A DNA stretch of 64,000 bases, from contig NC_091985.1 of the NCBI RefSeq assembly GCF_044704955.1, positions 36,394,001 to 36,458,000 on the forward strand, written 5' to 3'. The stretch is from Pristiophorus japonicus (lineage: Eukaryota). The translations under genes were made by a program, and so were the position numbers. This document shows, piece after piece, positions 37,218 through 50,930 of this stretch (position 1 is the stretch's first letter; each line of letters begins with the position of its first letter). The notes under the pieces were generated by a model that was given only the letters and a program-made list of their open reading frames with translations, was not told the origin of the DNA and made no database searches.

Positions 37218-38648
37218 CTGTAAACATTATAAACCATATTAATATTAACAAGTCTGTCAAATCCCATTTCAGACCTAGGCCTACAAAATAAAAATTTGAA
37301 TTATGTATAAAAAAAATCAGAATGAGACTCATTTGCCCACTTTGAATAAAACATGATTAAGGGACTTTAGCTATGGTTTTAAGAGGAACACGATAACAAA
37401 TACAATATATTAAGAAAGCATGAAGAAATAATGCATCTTGTCTGGGCAGAATCATACAGCACAGGAAGCCATTCATCCCAACCGGTCTGTGCCAGCTCTT
37501 TGAAAGAACTATCCAATTAGTCCCACTTTCTTGCTCTTTCCCCATAGCCCTGTAATGTTCTATCCTTAAAGTATTTATTCAATTGCCTTTGAAAATTACT
37601 ATTGAATCTGTTTCCACTATCCTTTTAAGTAGTGTATTACAGATCTTACCAATTCATTGCCTTCCCTCCTAAAGTGTGGTGGCCAGAATTGGACATAATA
37701 CTCTAGCTGAGGCCTAACTAGTTATTTATTAAAATCTAGCATAACATCCTCACTTTTGTACTCTACGCCTCTATTTATAAAGCCAAGAATCCTGTATGAT
37801 TTTTAACAGCCTTATCAACTCATCCTGCACCAAAGATTTGTGTATTTAAATCCCCAGGTCTCTTTATTCCTGCACCCCTTTTAAAGTTGTATTGCAGAAT
37901 AACTTTCATATGCCCAGTATGTAGGTGACTCAAACCACTGTCCCAAAACATTTGTCTTAAAAATCTTATTCGATATTTTTGTTGCACTGAATAAGCATAC
38001 ATTAACCCTTGTAGTTTCAGAAACATCATAGGTTTGCCCAAATTCATCTCATCTTAGTGACATAGCTGACCATAATTTTTTTACATTATTCTGCCAAATC
38101 CAGAAAGGTTTCCGAGCAACCCACCCATTTCGCTTCACAAACTAATATCCCAAGCCCAAATTTAAAAACAAAAATTTACAAATCATTCATAAAAAATATG
38201 CTTTAGTGGGCTTTAAAAAAACATTACCATTAAGACTTGATTGTGTGAGATTCTACAAATATTTTTTCACGCTCCTTCCTCATCTTTACAATTCACCCAA
38301 ATCCATAATTACAGCGTGATCAATATGATCTATCTCCTCCCTTCCGAATGGTGGGGAATACTTTAACTCACTCAGTATCATAACACAGTGCACCTGCCTA
38401 CCAAGCTACTGGTGAGCAAGTCGTTAATCCATTATTAGTAACAGGATTTAACCAGCAGACAATGTTGGCATTCAGTGGTACATTTGCACTATAATAAATG
38501 GCTTAGTACAAATGATCATGAAATGATGTTACTATGCCAAGTCTTAGTAAAAGTACATTTTCAAAATGTATTGGGACTAATACACTTAACGCAAGGCTGA
38601 CTACTGTATTCCATTAATATTCATTTACTGTTTTGTTTAATTAATTAC

Positions 38649-38717
38649 CTGGTAGGTTGCGCACATCATTCAATAGAAGTTTCTGTTTCGGTTGCATCAC
38701 AACACTGTCAGTGTTTT
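38649..38717 (-). CDS. CEBPZ: CEBPZ exon 8
   Basis: ENTDSVVMQPKQKLLLNDVRNLP; AG/GT. Confidence 0.9.
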
Positions 38718-39532
38718 CTGCAACAACAAAAAAACATTTTGTCATAAGACCTTACTCTATGAAAAACAAACAAACAAATGAAAATGAAAGCCAGGAAAAG
38801 ACCAACTGGCCCATCAAGCCTGTCCTATAACATCATGTTACAACTAATGTGCACCATGACCCACACCCCAACACCCAAAAGCTATGCAATTTTCTAGGAG
38901 AGACAAAAAAACCTAAAGGATAACAAGAAAAAAAGTCGAGGAAATTCCTCTGACTAAAACACAGGTTAAAACACTTGGCTTCCAGTGTAAGAAAAAACGT
39001 GAATGCACATTAGGCTTCAAAATAGCAGACCAAAAGGACAAAGAGTTTTTCAAGCACAAATGCTTCAAGGATATAAGCTTTCACAAAACCAAGATCAAAG
39101 AACTGTAAAAATGTATTGTGTGAAATCTATGGGATCTGTAACATAAATTGACATGGTATTGTAATAATTTAAAGTCACTAGAGAACTCTATTATTCCAAT
39201 AGTTGCAGAGCTTCTAATGGCAGGAACAGGGCACTGCATTACACACATCCTTGTAAAGTACCCAAAGACAATATTCTTAGCACTGCCATGATTTAGTAAC
39301 ATATGCTCACGTTTCATCCCGCTCATTAGTTGTATTGCTTACACAATATCCTATGTGGTTACAAGCCAACTTGTACTAGACAAGTTGGTCTATACTTTCC
39401 AATGTAGATAATTACTTTCATCAAATCTCACACCGTCATTGTCACAAGTATAAATCAAATTCAGGACATGTTCCTGTCTAATTCCCTATCAATTAGACTT
39501 CCCAGACACCCAGAGAAAACACACAGGAAATA

Positions 39533-41540
39533 ACAAGACCTTGCATTTATATAGTGCCTTTAACGTAGTAAAACATCCCAAGGCACTTCACAGAAAGAAG
39601 TATTATATGATGAAAAATTTGACACCGAGCCACTGAAGGAGAAATTAGGGCAGGTGACAAAAAGCTTGGTCAAAGAGGTAGGTTTTAAGGAGAATCTTAA
39701 AAGGAGGAAAGAGAGGTAGAGAGGTTTAGGCAGGGAATTTCAGAGCTTAAGGCCAAGGTAACACAAGACACGGCCACCAATGGTTGAGCGATTATAATCA
39801 GGGATGCTAAAGGCGGCAGAATTAGAGGAGCGCAGATATCTCGGGGGGGTTGTGGGGCTGGAGGAGATTACAGAGATAGGGAGGGCCGAGGCCATGGAGG
39901 GATTTAAAAACTAAGGATGAGAATTTTGAAACCAAGGCGTTGCTTAAGCAGGAGCCAATGTAGGGGAGTGAGCACAGGGGCGATGGGTAAATGGGATTTG
40001 GTGCGAGTTAGAACACGGGCAGCCGGGTTTTGGATGACCTCAAAAGTTTACGTAGGGTAAAATGTGGGAGTCCAGCCAGGAGTGCATTGGAATAGTCAGG
40101 TTTAGACTGAACAAAGCCATGGATGAGGGTTTCAGCAGTAGATGAGCTCAGGTAAGGGTGGAGATGGGCGACTTTAGAGAGGTGGAAATAGGCGGTTTTA
40201 GTTATGCCGCGGATATGTGGTCGGAAGCTCAGTTCAGGGTCATATATGATGCCAAGATTGCAAACAGTGTGGTTCAGCCTCAGACAGATGTTAGGGAGCG
40301 GGATGGAGTCAGTGGCTAGAGAACAGAGCTTGTAACGGTGACCAAATATAATGGCTTTGGACTTGCGAATATTTAATTGGAGAAAATTTCTGCTCATCCA
40401 GAACTGGGGCCTATGTTCATTGGAGTTTAGATGAATGAGAGTGATCTTATTGAAACGTTCAAGATTCTGAGGGGGCTCGACAGAGTAGACGCAGAGATGA
40501 TGTTTCCTCTTGTAGGGGGATCTAGAACTAGGAGCATAGTTTCAGAATAAGGGGTCGCCCATTTAAAATGGAAATGAGGAGGGATTCCTTCTCTCAGAGG
40601 GCCATGAACCTTTGGAATTCTTTACCCAAAGAGAGCTGCGGAGGTTGGGTCATTGAATATATTTAAGGTGGAAATAGATTTTTGAATGATAAGTGAGTCA
40701 AGAGGTATGGGGAGCAGACAGGGAAGTGGAGTTGAAGCCAAGGATCAGATCAGCCATGATCTTATTGAAAGGCGGAGCAGGCTCGAGGAGCCAAATGGTT
40801 TACTCCTGCTCCCACTTCTTAAGTTCTTATGATGTCGGATAAGCAGTCTGACAATTTAGAGACCATGGAGGGGTCGAGAGAAGTGGTTGTGAGGTAGAGC
40901 TTGGGTGTCATCAGCGTAAATGTGAAAACTGACGGCATATTTTCAGATGATGTTGCCAAGAGGCAGCATGTATATGCGAAATAGGAGATGGCCAAGGATA
41001 GATCCATGGGGAACACCAGAAGCAATGATGCAGGAGCGGGAACAGAAGCTGTTGCAGGTGATTCTCTGGCTACGATTAGACAGATAAGGCGAGTGCAGTC
41101 CCACCCAGCTGGACGACGGTGGAGAGGCGTTGGAGAAGGATGGTGTGGTCAACAGTGTTAAAGGCTACAGACAGGTCAAAAAGGACAAGGAGGGGTAGTT
41201 TACCTTTGTCACAGTCACAAAGGATGCAATTTGAGAGCGCTGTTTTGGTATTGTGGCAGGGGTGGAAACCTGATTGGAAGGATTGCGAGAAAGATGGGCA
41301 CGGATTTCGGAAGCAACAACACGTTCAAGGACTTTGGAGAGGAAAGGGAGATTGAAGATGAGGTGTCAGTTTGCAATGCCGGAAGGGTCAAGGGTTTTTT
41401 TTTTTGAGGGGTGATGGCAGCAGATTTGAGGGAGAGGGGGACAGTACCTGAGGAGAGAGAACCACTAACGATGTCAGTTAACATAGGAGCCAGAAAAATA
41501 AGTTGGGTGGTCAGCAGTTTGGTGGGAATAGGGTCAAGTG
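39533..41540 (-). mobile_element. L2 LINE, interrupted by a CR1 at 40406-40830
   Basis: MSRNFLQLN..K, TAYFHL, DYSNALLAGLP; L2-type tail. Confidence 0.88.
40406..40830 (+). mobile_element. CR1 3' fragment
   Basis: ttggagtttagatgaatgaga...tactcctgctcc with tail. Confidence 0.85.
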
Positions 41541-43515
41541 AGCAGGAAGTGGCTCTCGTGTGTTGAAAAAAATCAGTCCCATTTGACTATTGTCCTTTGT
41601 CCTACCAGCTGAACTAGAATTTAGTATTAGAGCTGTTTAGAAGGCAAATTATTTTTTTGGATATTTTATATAATGATGTAATGACAAAAATTGCTTTCAC
41701 ATAACCACATTCAAATCAAATACGGTATTTTCTACAGCAGAGCATACAATCAACAGTAATGATAGGTATCTCAACATATCAGCACTTCATCTCAACTGCC
41801 AAAATCACAATGCATTTTCCTCAGTGTTCATTACTATACTTATAGCACTTGAACATTCATTTTTCACTTACAAAAATTTTAAAAATTAATCTCATACTAG
41901 TTAGACTACACAAACACAAAACCAATCCCAGTTTATATGACATTCATAATGGGGGTCTGCAGGGTCTTTCGGTATGGATTAATTACTATAAAAGGACTTC
42001 CTCATCCATATGTATCTTGTGAATTTATGGACCCAACTACTCATATTTTCCTGCCAAGTGCTGTCAGGTTCACTCTTACATAAATAAATCACAGACCAAA
42101 ACATGCTGTATCCCCTATTTAAATTTCTGCCAGTCTTTTGAGATCTGGTGATTCAGGTCAGGGTGTCACTACTTTAATGATCAACCGATATATGCTTGGG
42201 TTTAGTCAGTAAGTGCCTGTATTGAAATAGAAATTGGCATCATTTTTGTTCTTGCCCCGACCCAATGCTGCTTGTCAATCAATACAAGGACACATTTCTA
42301 ACTTAACTCAAGGAAAATCCCATGGTGTTGCTCATGTCAAGTCACATGCTTTGTTTTATAAGGACAAGAGAGTTATTCTACTTGATATATTGCACAATGC
42401 ATTATTCTGATAAGTTGAAGTCCCTTTGAGCCCAGTAAAGCTAACCAAATAGAGGCTCAGGTTATTCAGAGTTCAATTATTATTTGGTCAGAGACCTCTT
42501 GCAGATTGGAATGTGTATAAGTTTCAACTCCGAGTCAGAAACATCCAGCATTAAGTTACTGGCTTTATTTAAGATCATTCTGCATCTGTAACAAAGTGTG
42601 ATACCTGGATGTGATGGACAACACATATCCTAGATGCAAGACTTATACATACGCTAGCAGATCTCCGATCACATTGTTCACTAAAAACTGGATGATAGAC
42701 TGTTTTACAGGGACAGGAGTGTTATAGCATTCAATACATAATATGTCACTTTAAGGCCACAAAATGTAATTGTAAATTAAATACAGGTTCAAAAGTGCCA
42801 TTCAGAATTTAGCTGTCGTTTGGTCAGAGAACATTTAAGATTGGAATGCGTTTGACAGTCTCAGCCTGCAGCTCAGAATGACTTATCATTTTAAGGTTAT
42901 TTGTTCTTGAGAATGTAGGTCAGAACTCAGGATGAAATGTGGGTTTCTTGGTTTTGTGTGATTACAAAGATTATTTTTGAAGTTATACAGTACAAACGCT
43001 GACACCTATGTTAATATGTATTTTGTGTAAATTATGGAGATTCTTTATATAATTCCAAATAACTGGCTTCTCTTTTTTCATAAAGCTTATTGACGGAAAG
43101 GAACCAACCAGCTACAACAAAAAAAGCTTAGAATAGATTTGCCTTTACTTAAGTGACAAAGTGTGCAACAAAAGAAATGTGCCACCTGAAGGAAATGCAC
43201 ATATGTATCATTATTATATTATACACATAAATAGTAAAAAAGTACAGAGTTTACAACTCTATCTAAATTTTTATTATTTAATCTGATCTTTACAGGTTGG
43301 TTATGTTTACTTTAGGGCCTTTTTTGTCAAAAATAGCTATTATTCTGGATGCTGATTAATACACTACATGGTGACAACTACGTAATCATTGAAGGAGTAT
43401 TGTTTGAGAAAGTACTTATAGAATAATATGGGCAACGTATAAATTTTGCAATGAGATAAACAACACTAGGTTTTTTTGTAAACAGTAACAGATTTACACC
43501 AAAGACAGAACCTAC

Positions 43516-43618
43516 CTTTGCCTTTGTGCTGTTTGGGGTTTCTGTATACGAAACGATCAAGAAATCTCATTAACGTGAAATCCTGCAGAGGGTCTCCGGA
43601 ATATTGGATCTGGTTACC
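43516..43618 (-). CDS. CEBPZ: CEBPZ exon 7
   Basis: [34 protein letters not shown]; AG/GT. Confidence 0.95.
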
Positions 43619-44251
43619 CTACAAGAAGTCATACAAGCAAAAAGTTTATTTTTTTACAACTAACAACAGATACCATTTTTTCTAAATCCATTGAAATGTA
43701 ACAAGTGGCCGATGTTCATAAATTGGTTTAAAGAGAAAACTGACACCTGGCAAACAGAATTTGTAGAAATCATTTACAAAGCAGTTTAAAGTGCAACAAG
43801 AACAGAACAGACTCAACAAAAATCTCTAAACAAATCTGTGTAAGAGGGGAAAGGGGAGAGACTAGAATTGCTAGCAGTGTCCCTGGGCCACAGAAGAGAT
43901 ACATCATCCACGATTCCCACTTATGGCCGCTGTCCAGTGATTCCCTACTTAAAAGGGTATGCATGAACTAGACTGGACTTGGCTGCAGGATGATGTCCTG
44001 GAGAATCTAATAGTTTGTCAACACTCACACAGTGTCAACTGTGGAACGGTACCTCACAATAAAATTGTAAAGGGGAAGAAATACTGATGTGACAAATTAG
44101 CAACTATAACAACTACTTCACGTGCCTTTTTACAAGGAAATTCCAAATTTAAAAAAAGATGACGTCACTGAATAACTATTTTGTTGACAGGAAATAGGGG
44201 AAAGTGACAGGAAAAAGAGCAAACTTCACGCAACACATTAATGTATCTTAC

Positions 44252-44305
44252 CTGCAGGATGGCTGTTGCAAAGAGTGCCACAGATGGGTGGAAATGTTCA
44301 CTCAA
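44252..44305 (-). CDS. CEBPZ: CEBPZ exon 6
   Basis: LSEHFHPSVALFATAILQ (HFHPSV motif); AG/GT. Confidence 0.92.
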
Positions 44306-44789
44306 CTGGGAAGAAGAAATACAATTTAATGAATGCAAAATAAATGTTCTGACAAACTTTTCGTACTTTTAAAAATCCTTCCCCCATCCATGCACATTTA
44401 AAAACAGCTTTTCTAACATTTAAATAAAAACGTCATAAATAAGGCAAGTACCCATGTATTTTAATGCCTCAATGGATATATTTGATGACTTCTGCAACTG
44501 ATTGACGAATATGATTAGAAGGGGAGTAGATACGGTTGATCTATCAAAAATAAAAGTCTTATTGGGCCCAACAGTCTTTTGTGTACCTAAAATTCTTAAC
44601 ACTAAAGTCCATAAACAGGATAATGAGTAGCCAGGAATGAAGGTTGAGCGGGGTATAGGATTCTGAAAGATCCTAGATGGAGGGAAAAAAAGGAACCTCA
44701 TATAGCAGAGCACCACAACAGGAGGTCATGGAATGGCAGGGTATGGATTCTTCCCAGGTTCCACCGGACAGTGGACAAGCAAATTCATG

Positions 44790-45030
44790 GCAGAAGGGGA
44801 GCAGGGGAGTTGCCTGGTGTTCTGGTCAATAGTTGCTCCTTAGCCAACAGCACCAAAATAGATTATTTGTTTATTTATTTCATTGCTGTTTTTTGGGCCT
44901 TACTGTGCACAAAGTGGCTGCCACGTTTCTCTATATTACAGTAACTACACTTCAAAAGAATTTTATTGGCTCTGAAGTGCTTAAAGATGTTCTGAGGACA
45001 TGAGGGGTACTATATAAATACAAGTTTGTT
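44790..45030 (+). mobile_element. Deu-domain SINE fragment
   Basis: gagcaggggagtt...ctgtgcacaaagtggctgcc...tatataaatacaag. Confidence 0.65.
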
Positions 45031-45284
45031 CTTTCTTCTATACCAAATGAAGACTATTAATAGAACTACCTGAAGAACATACTCATGATACAAAGAGGAC
45101 TCAATCTATACCCGAGAGGAGCCAGATTTCTAAATAACTTATTGTTTTTCATCCTTAAGATTTGGGAAAGGTTATAGATGGACTTAAAAAAAAAACATAA
45201 CTTTGTTCAATTAAATGTATAGCATAACCAACAACCCCACCCCCCAAAAAACTTGATTAGACTCAGCAGATAAAGAAGAAAACT

Positions 45285-46036
45285 TTGGTAGGAAAAAAAA
45301 AGCAAATTATTTAAATGTGGAGAGATTACAAAATACTGAGGTACAGAGGGATCTAGGGTCCTTGTACATGAAACAAAAAAATTAGCATGCAGGTACAGCA
45401 AGTAATTAGAAAGGCAAATGGAATGTTGGCCTTTATTTCAAGGGGGATGGAGTATAAAGTAGGGAAGTCCTACTACAACTGTACAGGGCTTTGGTGAGAC
45501 CACACCTGGAGTACTGCGAACAGTTTTGGTCTCCTTATTTAAAAGGAGGGATATACTTGCATTGGAGACAGTTCAGAGAAGATTCACGAGGTTGATTCCT
45601 GAAATGAAGGGGTTGTCTTTTGAAGAACGGTTGAGAAAATGAGAGGTGATCTTATTGAAACATATAAGATACTGAGGGGGCTCGACAGGGTAGACGCAAA
45701 GAGGATGTTTCCCCTCGTGGAGGAATCTAGAACTAGGGGGCATAGTTTCAGAATAAGGGGTCACCCATTTAAAACGGAAATGAGGAGGAATTTCTTCTGA
45801 GGGTCATGAATCTTTGGAATTCTCTACCCCAGAGAGCTGTAGAGGCTGGGTCATTGAATATATTTAAGGTGGAGATAGACAGATTTTTGAACGATAAGAG
45901 AGTCAAGGGTTATGGGGAGCAGGCAGGGAAGTGGAGTTGAGGCCAAGATCAGTTCAGTCATGATCTTATTGAATGGCAGAGCAGGCTCGAGGGGTCAAAT
46001 GGCCTACTCCTGCTCCTATTTTTTATGTCCTTATGT
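45285..46036 (+). mobile_element. CR1 3' fragment
   Basis: RPHLEYC...WNSLP region plus tail. Confidence 0.88.
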
Positions 46037-46634
46037 AAAATATTCTCTACAATGGGACTAACTTCATACCTAAAAGTGGTTTGATGTAACCTTGAATGAT
46101 TTTTATATTAAGTTTCATGGCAAAGATTAAAAAGAATTATAGGACAAAATAAGCCTAATGTAAAAGTGGATCATTTTGCAAAGCAAATCAGTCTTCTCAC
46201 TAACTAAAGACGTAAACATAACTAACAGTTCCCAATTGGTCAACTTTACTAACCTGCAACGGCAAACTGCAAGTATGAAACAATCCCAATTATTACTGAA
46301 AAAACATTGGCTTTAGGAATTTGGATACATTTCTCAAGGCACTCGATTTAAATGCAAACACCCGAACTAAAAGGTTGAATACTCGACTGCGGACATATTT
46401 TAAATACAGTTGACAAATTAAGAAAACTTGCCATTTTCTTCAAGCGTTAGCATACAAAGTAGCACTAGCTGCAAGGACATATATTTCTAGTTATTGATTT
46501 ACACAGTTGATGCCACTACAAATTATACTAGATTACACAGGAATGACCAAGTACCTAAAGCTTTTAGTTTTTAAAAACATTACCATTCTGCGCACAACTG
46601 AGCAATATTTAAAATCGGGAAGAATTTATTGTAC

Positions 46635-46723
46635 CTTCTGCAATTCCCAGAGGCCGGTGCGGTCTGCTCCGCAGGAGAGAGGATTCCTGTGGAGTGGGTC
46701 ATAGTTTCCCAGACACTTTCCAC
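46635..46723 (-). CDS. CEBPZ: CEBPZ exon 5
   Basis: GGKCLGNYDPLHRNPLSCGADRTGLWELQK; AG/GT. Confidence 0.92.
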
Positions 46724-47147
46724 CTAAAACGGAAAGCTGAGCTTAATAGTACTAGCAGCACTTTGCACAAAAGCAATTCATGTTCACAAAAGATCAATGC
46801 TTTCACTTCTGGAACAACACCCAGCAGGTTATTTAAAAAAATATATTGTTTAAATTTAGAAACCAACCTCAATACATGGGATCCTGGGCTTTATAAATGG
46901 GGAGGCATACAGTACAAAAGGAAGGAAGTTATGTTAAACCGTTATAAATCACTGGTTAGGTAGAAGAGACTTTGGTTTACCATTTCACTGGAAAGCAGTA
47001 GAGACAGAGGCGATGGTGGTGGGGGGCACGGAGGGAGTCTGGGTGGCAGGGGAAGATTTCCTCTTGAGCCAGATACAGTTAAATTATAAAGAACAAGCTT
47101 ACAATAGAGGATATTTTGCCCAACACTGGCCTATCCAAATAGTTTAC

Positions 47148-47346
47148 CTTCTTGAATTTTATGGTGCAACCATGATCCAAATGCTGTTGATTCTGTCTTT
47201 TCAGCTACAATGGTATTCTGTACATCCATTTCTTGTCCTTTGTCAGCATCTGTACATTTCTTCCCTACCTTCTCTTCATCAAGATCTTCAAATTTCTCTT
47301 CATCATTGTCATCAACATCTTTAAAATGTTCTTCTTCATCAGATTC
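47148..47346 (-). CDS. CEBPZ: CEBPZ exon 4
   Basis: ESDEEEHFKD...SWLHHKIQE; AG/GT, phase consistent. Confidence 0.9.
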
Positions 47347-47621
47347 CTGAGCAGAAAATATTTGGCACATATAAATAACATGCAATGCTTTATTCATTGG
47401 CATCACTGACATAGTATGGACATTGTTTATTCTAATGATTCAACCATATCAATTGTAAAATGTAATATCTGCAGCAACTAAAGACGGCTGCTACAAATGC
47501 TATCAATAATTTTCTCCCCTTCTCTCCTCTCCTGAAGGTGCCAACTCAAGTTGGGTTATGGATCTATAGGGGGGCAGCAGCTTCCAGCATTTCATTCAAG
47601 TGGCCATTCTTAGTTCAGGAC

Positions 47622-47622
<1 letters not shown>

Positions 47623-47653
<31 letters not shown>
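47623..47653 (+). repeat. (GA)n microsatellite followed by (GT)n
   Basis: Direct reading of the sequence. Confidence 0.95.
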
Positions 47654-47656
<3 letters not shown>

Positions 47657-48279
47657 TGTGTGTTGATGAGACACCACAGCCTCGCCAATCTGGTTCTCAT
47701 CCAATATCCCTGCATTTTTCACTGGAATTATTTGATAGCAATCAAGCATCCCAGCGGAGATCAACTAACTCAATCCAGTACAGGAATCCTACCTGAGACT
47801 TTTTATACTTCGTGCATTAAACCTGTAGACTATTGGGAAGCATACCATTAACTTTTAAAATACATTAAACCATATGCTAAGTGAGGGCCTAATTAAAATA
47901 CTCATGCAGATTAGACTAGGATTTTCAGAATTAACAATGTGTTAACTATCTCCAAGAGTGATTTGATATTTTTCAATCTCTATTGGAACCTCTGCTTGCT
48001 AACATACCAATACACCTGAATTCTTCGGTTTTCAGATAAAATCTTAATCACAAGCACTTTTAATTTTATTTTCATTAACAATCCAATGCACTTAAATCTG
48101 CAATTGACTTATAAAACCTTGCTCTACTCTTGGGTTACTTGACATAAAGCTCATTCCAACTCCCACAAAAGGTAATGCTGGATAAGTCCGTAACAAGGGC
48201 CGTGAACAATGTATTTTATATCAAAGGGAAAAACAATAAAATGGAACACAATGGATTGGTGAAATAATGAAAGCAATAC

Positions 48280-48511
48280 CCCATGTTCTTGTAACAGGAC
48301 TCGTATGCCTGGCTTCAGTTTCAAAATCTCAGAAATAAGATAGAGAGCTCCACAGATAAATGCTGGCGTCTGGCCACAAGAGGCCTGCAAGATCCGTTTT
48401 ATGAATGCCTTAACACGACGAAGGACTACATCAGACTTCAAAGACTTGTACAGCAAATTTAGAAACATGGATTGCTTGGAACACTGTGCCAGTCCCGGAT
48501 CCAACAATTTC
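48280..48511 (-). CDS. CEBPZ: CEBPZ exon 3 (start of CBF/Mak21 domain)
   Basis: KLLDPGL...MFLNLLYKSLKSDVVLRRVKAFIKRILQ; 232 nt, phase 2 in and phase 0 out. Confidence 0.95.
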
Positions 48512-48699
48512 CTGCATATAAAAAAGACATGATTTTTTTTTTACACCAGGTTTAGAAATATATAAACGCTTGTCTCATACACATTGACATCATGGAAGAG
48601 GCACAGAAGAACATTTAGCCTCTTTGTGGCAACAGTGCTAGCTCCACACCAGAACTATCTACAATAAATCATCTTTGTTCATACCTTAATGTGTTTATA

Positions 48700-50930
48700 G
48701 AATCATAGAATAGTACAGCACAGAAGGAAACCATTCGGCTCATCGAGTCTGCGCCGGCTGTTTTGAAGAGCAATCCAGTCAGTTCCCCGCCCCTCCCACC
48801 CTTTCCTATAATTTTTTCTCCTTCGACTATTTATCCAATTTAGAAGGCTACTATTGAATCTGCATCCGCCACTATCAGGCAGTACATTCCAAATCCTAAC
48901 CACTTGTTGTGTGAAAATGTTTTTCCTCATGTCGCTTCTGGTTCTTTTGCCAATCACCTTAAATCGGTGCCCTCTCGTTATCGGCCCTTCAGCCACTGGA
49001 AACAGTTTCTCTTTATTTACTCTATCTAAATCCTTCATGATTTTAAACACCTCTATCAAATCTTCTCTTAGCCCTCTCTGCTCCAAGGAGAACAACCCCT
49101 GCATCCCAGAGTACTTAAGGAGGTGGCCTTGGAAATAGCGGATGCATTGACAGTCATTTTCCAACATTCCATAGACTCTGGATCAGTTCCTATGGAGGAG
49201 GGTAGCCAATGTAACCCCACTTCTTAAAAAAAGGAGGGCGAGAGAAAACAGGGAATTATAGACCAGTCAGCCTGACATCAGTAGTGGGTAAAATGATGGA
49301 ATCAATTATTAAGGATGTCATAGCAGCGTATTTGGAAAGAGGTGACATGATAAGTCCAAGTCAGCATGGATTTGTGAAAGGGAAATAATGCTTGACAAAT
49401 CTTCTGGAATTTTTTGAGGATGTTTCCAGTAGAGTGGACAAGGGAAAACCAGTTGATGTGGTGTATTTGGACTTTCAGAAAGCTTTCGACAAGGTCCCAC
49501 ACAAGAGATTAATGTGCAAAGTTAAAGCACATAGGATTGGGGGTAGCATGCTGACATGGATTGAGAACTGGTTGTCAGACAGGAAGCAAAGAGTAGGAGT
49601 AAATGGGTACTTTTCAGAATGGCAGGCAATGACTAGTGGGGTACCGCAAGGTTCTGTGCTGGGGCCCCAGCTGTTTACATTGTACATTAATGATTTAGAC
49701 GAGGGGATCAAATGTAGTATCTCCAAATATGCGCATGACACTAAGTTGGGTGGCAGTGTGAGCTGCGAGGAGGTTGCTATGAGGCTGCAGAGTGACTTGG
49801 ATAGGGCAAATGCATGGCAGATGAAGTATAATGTGGATAAATGTGAGGTTATCCACTTTGGTGGTAAAAACAGAGAGACAGACTATTATTTGAATGGTGA
49901 CAGATTAGGAAAAGGGGAGATGCAACGAGACCTGGGTGTCATGGTACATCAGTCATTGAAGGTACAGCAGGCGGTTAAGAAAACAAATGACATGTTGGCC
50001 TTCATAGCGAGGGGATTTGAGTACAGGGGCAGGGAGGTGTTACTACAGTTGTACAGGGCCTTGGTGAGGCCACACCTGGAGTATTGTGTACAGTTTTGGT
50101 CTCCTAACTGGAGGAAGGACATGCTTGCTATTGAGGGAGTGCAGCGAAGGTTCACCAGACTGATTTCTGGGATGGCAGGACTGACATATCAAAAAAGACT
50201 GGATCAACTGGACTTGCATTCACTGGAGTTCAGAAGAATGAGAGGGGATCTCATAGAAACATTTAAAATTCTGACGGGTTTAGACAAGTTAGATGCAGGA
50301 AGAATGCTCCCAATGTTGGGGGAAGTCCAGAACCAGGGGTCACAGTCTAAGGATAAGGGGTAAGCTATTTAGGACCGATTTGAAGAGAAACTTCTTCACC
50401 CAGAGAGTGGTGAACCTGTGGAATTCTCTACCACAGAAAGTTGAGGCCAATTCACTAAATATATTCAAAAAGGAGTTAGATGTAGTCCTTACTACTAGGG
50501 GGATCAAGGGGTATGGCAAGTAAGCAGGAATGGGGGACTGAAGTTGCATGGTCAGCCATGAACTCATTGAATGGCAGTGCAGGCTCAAAGGACCGAATGG
50601 CCTACTCCTGCACCTATTTTCTATGTTTCAATGTTTCTCTAATCTATCCACGTAACTGTAATCCCTCATCCCTGGAACCATGCTGGTAAATCTCTTCTGT
50701 AACCTCTCCGAAGCCTCCGCATCCTTCCTAAAGTGTGGTGCCCAGAATTGGACACAATACTCCAGCTGGGGGCGAACTAGTGTTTTATATCGGTTTAGCA
50801 TAACTTCCTGGCTTTTGTATTCTATCTCTCTATTTATAAAGCCCAGGATCCCATATGCTTAATTGTTTTTTTAACCTGCCCTGCCACCTTCAAAGATTTG
50901 TGCACATGCACCCCCAGGTGTCTCTATTCT
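48700..50930 (-). mobile_element. CR1-type LINE 3' end split by an opposite-strand CR1
   Basis: GLFSLEQRGLREDLIEVFKI...TRGHRFK in 48700-49098; resumes near 50638. Confidence 0.8.
49099..50637 (+). mobile_element. CR1 LINE RT and 3' end
   Basis: 323-aa RT ORF 49392-50363; tail. Confidence 0.93.
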